Assembly (NCBI GenBank): GCA_038046645.1
Contig: JBBSVU010000006.1
Coordinates: forward strand, 87,414 to 138,580
DNA: 51,167 bases
Direction: 5' to 3'
DNA from: an archaeon
Lineage (GTDB): Archaea; Iainarchaeota; Iainarchaeia; Iainarchaeales; 0-14-0-20-34-12
Position 1 is the stretch's first letter; every line of letters starts with the position of its first letter. Of this stretch, positions 44,480-51,167 are shown piece after piece. The notes beneath the pieces are model-generated. The model did not search any database, was not told the DNA's origin, and saw only the letters and a program-made list of their open reading frames with translations. The position numbers were made by a program, and so were the translations under genes.

Positions 44480-44513
44480 ACTTCAATTTTTGAATTACTT
44501 CAATTTTTGAATT
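44480..44513. repeat. 17-bp tandem duplication of a palindromic unit
   Basis: ACTTCAATTTTTGAATT x2, each unit containing TTCAA-TTT-TTGAA; in the divergent pilus/glycosyltransferase spacer. Confidence 0.7.
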
Positions 44514-44602
44514 ATTAGCTTATTAGTACTTATTCAACACCCTGTTTGCATAAAACATAATTTTATAATCTTAAATTGATATGATAAAATAACGGCGAGC
44601 AT

Positions 44603-45598
44603 ATGAAGGTCCTTTTTATTGTAAATATAGCTGGTTTGGAAAGCGGCATTTTAACCTATGCAAAAGAGCTTAAGGAATTTTTGTCAGGGCAAGGAGTTAA
44701 AGTTGATGTTGATTGTTTAGACTCAAAGCAGTATGACCTTATCCATTTGCACAACCCCTTTCCATCAATGTTTCTTTTGGAAACCATGCTCCGCTTTTAC
44801 GGCACACCAATAATTTATTCTGCAAACATGACCGAAAATCAGGTAAGAGGATTAGCGCCGGAAACCCTGAAGGTGCCAATCAGGCATTACCTCAATTTTT
44901 TTTATTCGCGCTGCAACAAAATTGTTTGCCCCTCAGAAAAAGTGATGTGCGACTTGCTTGCCTGCAAAAATAAAACTATTTTGCTGCCATACCCTGTTGA
45001 TTTGCAAAAATTCAAAAAGGATGAAAAATTAGGCGATGATTTCAGGAAAAAATATGGGATTGCAAAGTCTGTTGTCATGTGTGTTGCATCTATACAGGAA
45101 AGAAAAGGCATTTTTGATTTTATTGAAGCAGCAAAATCCCTGCCTGATTACCAATTTGTTTGGGTTGGCGAAATCCCATCAGCCCATACCTTGAAATACC
45201 GGCGAAGAATCCAAAAGATTGTGAAAAATCCCCCGAAGAATGTTTTGTTTGTAGGCCATGTTGAAAAGAATGATTTAGCAAATGCATATAATGCAGCAAA
45301 TCTCTTTGTCCTTCCAAGCTATTCTGAAACGTTTGGGTTGGTGATAGCAGAAGCAGCCTCCTGTGGAATTCCAGTTCTTGTGAGAAATCTCCCCGAGTTT
45401 TCATATTTCGGGGATTTTGCGCAAATGTTTTCGAATCAAGCGGAGTTTAAGCACAAAATAAGGCAAATAATGGATAGCCCAGAGAAGCAAAAACAATTGT
45501 CACAACTCTCCCTAAATTCAAGAGACAAATTTGATGCAAAGATGCATGCAAAAAAAATGAAAGAAATTTATGAATCTGTTTTAAGCAAGAAAAGCTGA
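44603..45598 (+). CDS. GT4 (group 1) glycosyltransferase
   Basis: RKGIFDF, FVLPSYSETFGLVIAEAASCGIP (E-x7-E). Confidence 0.92.
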   Translation: MKVLFIVNIAGLESGILTYAKELKEFLSGQGVKVDVDCLDSKQYDLIHLHNPFPSMFLLETMLRFYGTPIIYSANMTENQVRGLAPETLKVPIRHYLNFFYSRCNKIVCPSEKVMCDLLACKNKTILLPYPVDLQKFKKDEKLGDDFRKKYGIAKSVVMCVASIQERKGIFDFIEAAKSLPDYQFVWVGEIPSAHTLKYRRRIQKIVKNPPKNVLFVGHVEKNDLANAYNAANLFVLPSYSETFGLVIAEAASCGIPVLVRNLPEFSYFGDFAQMFSNQAEFKHKIRQIMDSPEKQKQLSQLSLNSRDKFDAKMHAKKMKEIYESVLSKKS

Positions 45599-45600
45599 TT

Positions 45601-47508
45601 TTATTTTTTTTCTTCAATTTCTTTTTGCAATTTCCCCGAAAATTCTTCGAATGACAACAGATTTATTTTTTGTTCCCTGTCCCTGACAGCCAATTTTCCG
45701 CTTTCAATTTCCTTCTTTCCAATTGTGATAGTATATGGGATTTTCTCAAGTTCAGCATCCCTGACCTTTCTCCCGATGGTTTCCTTTCTGTTGTCAAAAT
45801 CTGCCCTTATCTTGTGTTCTCTTAGTTTTTGGCAGATTTTTTCAGCTTCCCCATTAAAATCATCATTTACCGTAATGATGCGTACCTGGATAGGGCTTAG
45901 CCATAAGGGGAATTTCCCTGCATAATGTTCGATTAATATTCCCAAAAATCTTTCAACACTGCCAAATAAGACTCTGTGCAACATTACCGGCCTGTGCTTT
46001 TTGTCATCTTCCCCGATATAATACAAATCAAATCGTTCAGGCATTGAAAAATCTACCTGAATTGTCGCACATTGCCAGGTTCTTCCCAATGCATCTTTAA
46101 CATGGAAATCAATCTTAGGGCCATAAAAAGCACCGTCTCCTGCATTTATTTTATATTGCATATCTCTCCTTTTCAGTGCATTTTCCAACGCATTTGTTGC
46201 CTTTTCCCAAATATCATCACTTCCTATTGAATTCTCAGGCCTTGTGCTTAATTCAACATGATATTCCTTAAATCCAACAGTTTTGTATACTAAATCAGCC
46301 AATTCAATTATCTTAAGTATCTCATTCTCAATCTGTCCTTCAGTGCAGAAAATATGTGCATCATCTTGCGTAAATTTTCTTACCCTGAACAATCCGTGCA
46401 ATACGCCTGATCTTTCATGCCTATGCACTGTCCCTAATTCACCCAATCTCAAAGGCAATTCTTTGTAGGAATGCCTTTTTTCTTTGTAAACAAGAATTCC
46501 ACCAGGGCAATTCATTGGCTTTACTGCATAATCCTCATCATCTATTTTTGTAAAATACATATCTTCCTTATAATGGTCCCAATGGCCCGAAGTAACCCAT
46601 AAATGTTTTCTCATTATCAAAGGTGTGCTAATTAAATCATAATTTGCCCTGAAATGCAAATCATGCCAGAAATTCATCAGTTCATTCCAGATTACCATTC
46701 CTTTAGGGTGCATAAATACAAAACCAGGCGCTTCCGGATGCAATGAAAATAAATCTAATTCTTTTCCTAATTTTACATGGTCCCTTTTAGAAGCTTCTTC
46801 CTTTAAGGTTAGCCAATCTTCAAGCTCTTTTTTTTCAAAAAAGCTTATTCCATAAATTCTCTGCATTGATGCATTCTTTTCATTGCCTTTCCAATATGCG
46901 CTGCTTGATTTCAATATTTTAAAACCGCCAATTAATGAGGTATTTGGAATGTGCGGGCCTCTGCATAAATCTGTAAATTTTCCATTTGAATAAATAGAAA
47001 TAGTTTCATCAGGTAATTCTTCAATTAGCTCTTTTTTGTAAGGATTGCCTTTAAGCAATTGAATTGCTTCCTTTTTCTTTAATTCCTTTCTTTCAAATGT
47101 TTCATTTTTCTTTATTATTTCAATTACTTTCTGTTCAATCCTTTCCAAATCTTCAGGTTCAAATGGTTTTTTAACATCAAAATCATAATAAAATCCTTCT
47201 TCAATTGCTGGCCCAATTCCTAATTTAGCATCAGGAAATAATTCCAAAACAGCCTCGGCCATCACATGTGAAGAAGAATGCCTTAAAACATCTAAGCCTT
47301 CCTTGGAATTTTTTGTAATAATTTTCAAGTCACAATCTGTTTCAATTTTATGGCTTAAATCAACAACTTTATCATTTACCTGTGCAGCAACAGAATCCTT
47401 TGCCAGCTTTGCACCTATGCTTTTTGCTACATCAAGCGGAGTAACGCCTTTTTCAAACTCCTTTTTCGAACCATCTGGCAATTTTACATTAATTATATTT
47501 TTGGGCAT
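45601..47508 (-). CDS. thrS: Threonyl-tRNA synthetase (bacterial type)
   Basis: TGS domain, editing HSSSH and DLCRGPH, KPMNCP, RVRKFTQDDAH, GAFYGPKID, HRVLFGSVERF. Confidence 0.97.
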   Translation of the reverse strand: MPKNIINVKLPDGSKKEFEKGVTPLDVAKSIGAKLAKDSVAAQVNDKVVDLSHKIETDCDLKIITKNSKEGLDVLRHSSSHVMAEAVLELFPDAKLGIGPAIEEGFYYDFDVKKPFEPEDLERIEQKVIEIIKKNETFERKELKKKEAIQLLKGNPYKKELIEELPDETISIYSNGKFTDLCRGPHIPNTSLIGGFKILKSSSAYWKGNEKNASMQRIYGISFFEKKELEDWLTLKEEASKRDHVKLGKELDLFSLHPEAPGFVFMHPKGMVIWNELMNFWHDLHFRANYDLISTPLIMRKHLWVTSGHWDHYKEDMYFTKIDDEDYAVKPMNCPGGILVYKEKRHSYKELPLRLGELGTVHRHERSGVLHGLFRVRKFTQDDAHIFCTEGQIENEILKIIELADLVYKTVGFKEYHVELSTRPENSIGSDDIWEKATNALENALKRRDMQYKINAGDGAFYGPKIDFHVKDALGRTWQCATIQVDFSMPERFDLYYIGEDDKKHRPVMLHRVLFGSVERFLGILIEHYAGKFPLWLSPIQVRIITVNDDFNGEAEKICQKLREHKIRADFDNRKETIGRKVRDAELEKIPYTITIGKKEIESGKLAVRDREQKINLLSFEEFSGKLQKEIEEKK

Positions 47509-47609
47509 AATATCACAGGACTATAGAATTAATTTAAATTTACCGATTATGCAATTCAAGGGAAATCTGCCCCCAAATACTATTTAAACCATAAATCTCC
47601 AGTTAATTT

Positions 47610-48779
47610 ATGATACCCGAAGCCCTAAAGCAGAATTATTACCGAGCATTGGCAGTCAGCAAAATTAAGGGCAAGGAATTTACAGGAAGTTCCCCTCCGG
47701 GAATTTTTGTTTCCCACTTTAATTATCCAAAAATACCCGTAAGCATTGTTTCGCTGGCTGAGCAGAATGAAAATGCAAATTATTATGACACACCAGAACT
47801 TTGGTTTAACAAACCGCAGGAAGAAATTTTGGCAATGCGCCATGAATTAATACATGCCTCAAAAACCCACGATAAAAGCGAGCCTCAAAATCCGGGCAAG
47901 GAGCTTTTAGATATGCAAGAATTAGCATTAAGCAGGAATTTCCAGGATTTGGATGTTTCGCTTAAAAAAATGCCTGAAGCAGATGTTTCATTTTGTGATG
48001 TTTTGGCACCGATAGGCCCTAAAGCCCAGTTAGAAAAATTTTCATTTATTGATAACCCAAAAGTATTCCAGAAAGCAGAAAGAATATTTTATGACACAGA
48101 TGCAAAATCAAGCATTGCGATAAAAGAACTTTATTCTGACACAATTCCTATTTCCTCAATCTACAAATTATTGTCAATCGGTGCTTTGGGCCAGCAGAAA
48201 AAAAGAATCCTTGTGCCGACAAAATGGGCAATTACTGCAATCGATGATACTGTTTCAAAACAGTTGGTTGAGGAAATCAAAATGCATCAGCAGATTAATG
48301 ATTATCAGTTATTCCAATCTTCTTACCTCGATAATTATTTCTACATTTTATTAATCCCAAATTGCTGGTCCTTTGAAATGTTAGAATCCTGGCTAGGTTA
48401 TACTGAAAAAGGAGGATTGCCAAGCATTGCAGTTGATTTTGAATTATACTTAGGAAGAAAGAAATATGCAGACCAGATTACTGGGGCATATTATTCTGCG
48501 AGATTGGCTGTTGCTGAGCATCTGAAAAGAATCAGGAGGCAGGCATCAGCAATTGTTTTTAGGGAAATAACTCCTGAATATAAAATCCCTATGGGGGTTT
48601 GGCAAATAAGGGAAAATGTCCGCTTTGCCTTGTCCCAAAAACCAATTTCTTTTTCTTCTTTGGATTTAGCCATAGATTTTATTTCAACCAAGCTGAAAAA
48701 TCCGATGAAATATTACAAAGACAAATCTTTTTTGCTAAATGAACTTAAAACGCAGAAAAGAATTTTTGACTTTTTCTGA
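47610..48779 (+). CDS. nreA: Nre-family PCNA-interacting DNA repair protein
   Basis: GSSPPGIFV, LVPTKWAITAIDD, GAYYSARLAVAE, GVWQIRENVR, C-terminal PIP box QKRIFDFF. Confidence 0.9.
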   Translation: MIPEALKQNYYRALAVSKIKGKEFTGSSPPGIFVSHFNYPKIPVSIVSLAEQNENANYYDTPELWFNKPQEEILAMRHELIHASKTHDKSEPQNPGKELLDMQELALSRNFQDLDVSLKKMPEADVSFCDVLAPIGPKAQLEKFSFIDNPKVFQKAERIFYDTDAKSSIAIKELYSDTIPISSIYKLLSIGALGQQKKRILVPTKWAITAIDDTVSKQLVEEIKMHQQINDYQLFQSSYLDNYFYILLIPNCWSFEMLESWLGYTEKGGLPSIAVDFELYLGRKKYADQITGAYYSARLAVAEHLKRIRRQASAIVFREITPEYKIPMGVWQIRENVRFALSQKPISFSSLDLAIDFISTKLKNPMKYYKDKSFLLNELKTQKRIFDFF

Positions 48780-50316
48780 TATAGATTGTGCTGATTACAA
48801 AACAAATTAATATTATTAATAAAGATTCAATAATCCCGAAATCCGGCATGCTTATCAAACCACCCGATAAAGATTTTGCACTTATGGTATATTGCCTTTT
48901 TCCATTTAAAGGATCCCCATTTACCCATACAGACCCTGCTTTGTAGGTTAATATCTCAGTAGGTTTTGCAAAAACAACTAGGTTTTCATCATTTGAAAAT
49001 TCCTTCTGCTTGAAATTAAATTCAACCCAGATAAGGCCGCTTTTTTTTACAATGCAGTCATAATTTCTCTTCTTGTCCTTTTCATAATATTTGCATTCTA
49101 CATCCTTGGTTTTGTAATCCGAACTTTTATTTATGTCAGCAGTGATATCTGGCACAAACAGATTTATGATATAATTAGCAGGCCAATGTTTTGCCACTTG
49201 TTTGCCAGTATCATCATACATCCGCATGCTTATTTTATAATTCCTGACTAAATGGTCAATATTCTTAAATTTCAGTTTTATCTCTTTATACTGGCTAGCA
49301 GCAATATCCTCGCCAAGCAGATAATTCTTGTCAGAAATTACTCCAATAATTTTTGTAGTTTGGGCCAATTCCTCAACCAGCATATTTACAGTAAAATTCT
49401 TTTTTAATGGGCCATTTATTATATTACCCACCATTATCCTTACTTCCACATCGCTTTTAGCAGTTATAGGTTCTCCCTTGTTGTTAACATAAATATATTT
49501 CCAGTAAACAATTGGCTCTTTTGGATAAAAATTAAATTGAATGTTTCGTATAAATTGGCTTTTTGAGCCGTAAACGCTTACTCCCGGATAATTTATTCCA
49601 GCATAGCTGGTGCAATTAGTAAGTTTTACCTTTGTTTTCCCTCCTGCTGGTATTGTTAACACTATTTTTTTGCCATAATTGTCGCAAGGATTTGACCAAT
49701 AAGGCACATAATAGCCGTTAAATTCACTGATTTTATTGCCGTTAAAAATATTAAATTCAAGGTCATATTTCTCACCTTGGCCTGTTGGCTTTTTTGGGGT
49801 ATATACTTCAACGCCATAATCCTGATAAACCGCTTCCCAATCCTTGTTTAAATTGTTATAAAAAACAGATATTGTTGGATAAGCCCCCTGTTTTAGAATA
49901 TACATTGCTTGGCTTGTTGCATCTATGTATGCATAAATGCTGTGATTGCCTAAAGGAGATAAATCACTAAATTTTCCAGAGGCAATAATAGTTACTTTCT
50001 CCCCTTTAGCCATGGTAAGTTTTTTAGTCCCCAAAGTTCCTGCATAAGGATTATTCTCAGGACCGCATGCCTGAACATACCACCCTACTTTAGGGTCTGA
50101 ATAGCAATATAGGCTTATTTGTCCGGTTTTTATTTCATCCCCGATATTCTTAAGTGTCATCTTTATGTAAAATACCTCTCCATTTTCAAATATTGTTTTC
50201 TTGTTGCCGTTTGCATCTATTGAATAATACTCAAGTATATTCACATCAAATGCCGCATAAGAAAAATTCACCAAAAAAAGCAGGCAGATTAAAACCAAAA
50301 TATTTTTATTTATCAT
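48745..50316 (-). CDS. Secreted surface protein with C-terminal sorting signal (PDF-TM-basic)
   Basis: Signal peptide ending SYA|AF; beta-rich Ig-like segments; tail SMPDF + hydrophobic helix + RKSQK. Confidence 0.75.
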   Translation of the reverse strand: MINKNILVLICLLFLVNFSYAAFDVNILEYYSIDANGNKKTIFENGEVFYIKMTLKNIGDEIKTGQISLYCYSDPKVGWYVQACGPENNPYAGTLGTKKLTMAKGEKVTIIASGKFSDLSPLGNHSIYAYIDATSQAMYILKQGAYPTISVFYNNLNKDWEAVYQDYGVEVYTPKKPTGQGEKYDLEFNIFNGNKISEFNGYYVPYWSNPCDNYGKKIVLTIPAGGKTKVKLTNCTSYAGINYPGVSVYGSKSQFIRNIQFNFYPKEPIVYWKYIYVNNKGEPITAKSDVEVRIMVGNIINGPLKKNFTVNMLVEELAQTTKIIGVISDKNYLLGEDIAASQYKEIKLKFKNIDHLVRNYKISMRMYDDTGKQVAKHWPANYIINLFVPDITADINKSSDYKTKDVECKYYEKDKKRNYDCIVKKSGLIWVEFNFKQKEFSNDENLVVFAKPTEILTYKAGSVWVNGDPLNGKRQYTISAKSLSGGLISMPDFGIIESLLIILICFVISTIYIRKSQKFFSAF

Positions 50317-50708
50317 TTTGGCATCACATCCAAAATATTTACTTGGCTTATTGAGAAAGAATCAGCATAATATTCAGAACCTTTTTTCTCTGCATTAATT
50401 GTTAGTGGCAGCTTGTCATTCAATTCAAGGAATTGGTTTGTTTTTATTGTCACGCTTTTTTCATTTAATGATTCATCAATAGATCCTGTAACATATATTT
50501 TAAAGCAGAAATATTCTCCGCATTCCTTTGCTTGCTCTTCCAAAAAACCAGTAATAGAAATCATTATCGGATTGTACACTTGAAAACCTTCATCATCGCC
50601 TATTACTTGTTCTTCCTGCCCAGCAGGTTTTTGCAAGTATAAATAAACTCCATAAATAAGCATTATTGCAATCAATACAAGTACCAAGTGATTTTTAGTG
50701 AAATTCAT
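50313..50708 (-). CDS. Membrane-anchored hypothetical protein
   Basis: N-terminal TM helix, CGEYFC; 4-nt overlap with the downstream gene. Confidence 0.7.
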   Translation of the reverse strand: MNFTKNHLVLVLIAIMLIYGVYLYLQKPAGQEEQVIGDDEGFQVYNPIMISITGFLEEQAKECGEYFCFKIYVTGSIDESLNEKSVTIKTNQFLELNDKLPLTINAEKKGSEYYADSFSISQVNILDVMPK

Positions 50709-50732
50709 ATACTACTATTATTTCCATATTTT

Positions 50733-51167
50733 TTATACCTTAGCTTTTGGCACACTATGGCTACTATGCAATAACTTTATGAAATCAAGCAAAAACAATA
50801 AAATCACAAGCAGCATTAAATCATATTTTAGCACAACCAAATGGTAAAAATCAAATAGGCTGCTCCCAAAGGTTATTCCAATCCAGATTGCAAAAACAAT
50901 TCTTAGTATATTTACAATAAAAATTATGCAAACGCCCTTTATAATCGATTTTATTTTTTTATCAATGCCTATTTGCGGCAATGCAAGCATTAATGTTAGA
51001 TACGTGATTATTGGAATAATCCCCAAACAAATTAATTCTATTGCTAGACTTATCGTGTTTCCATCTCCCAAAGTAATATTTGCCAAAATATTGCTCTCAA
51101 GCAAAGCAGAAGAATAGAAGAATTTCAAAAAGAAGAAAATAATGTTAGCTTCAATTATTTCCAAAAA
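50733..51167 (-). CDS. Exosortase/archaeosortase family protein (5' end outside the window)
   Basis: IELICLG (Cys), VNILRI (Arg), FDFYH (His) in a multi-TM context. Confidence 0.8.
   Translation of the reverse strand, partial: FLEIIEANIIFFFLKFFYSSALLESNILANITLGDGNTISLAIELICLGIIPIITYLTLMLALPQIGIDKKIKSIIKGVCIIFIVNILRIVFAIWIGITFGSSLFDFYHLVVLKYDLMLLVILLFLLDFIKLLHSSHSVPKAKV

Overview
AT-rich, gene-dense chromosomal segment of an archaeon. The archaeal information-processing genes (pelota, ABCE1, Rpp30, Rpl15e, MCM, Lsm, NreA) sit alongside bacterial-type purF, metG and thrS and very short spacers. This mix suggests a DPANN lineage, possibly Diapherotrites/Iainarchaeota; that placement is an inference and was not tested. 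The window holds about 55 CDS, three tRNAs (Val-GAC, intron-containing Ala-GGC, Ser-CGA), an intein in MCM, a complete Tad-like type IV pilus locus plus a second minor-pilin cluster, an archaeosortase next to a probable substrate, and a ~180 bp IS200/IS605-like non-autonomous element. The three most notable observations are as follows. (1) An lsrF + Zn-dehydrogenase operon converges on mtnA + class II aldolase; oxidising 5-deoxyribulose-1-P at C4 gives exactly the LsrF substrate, which suggests an oxidative 5'-deoxyadenosine salvage route to DHAP + acetyl-CoA. (2) Four intergenic inverted-plus-mirror purine/pyrimidine elements covary as expected for intramolecular triple helices, and three of them abut tRNAs. 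(3) The MetRS is fused to a B3/4-like editing domain. All product calls come from motif recognition by eye; no searches were run.
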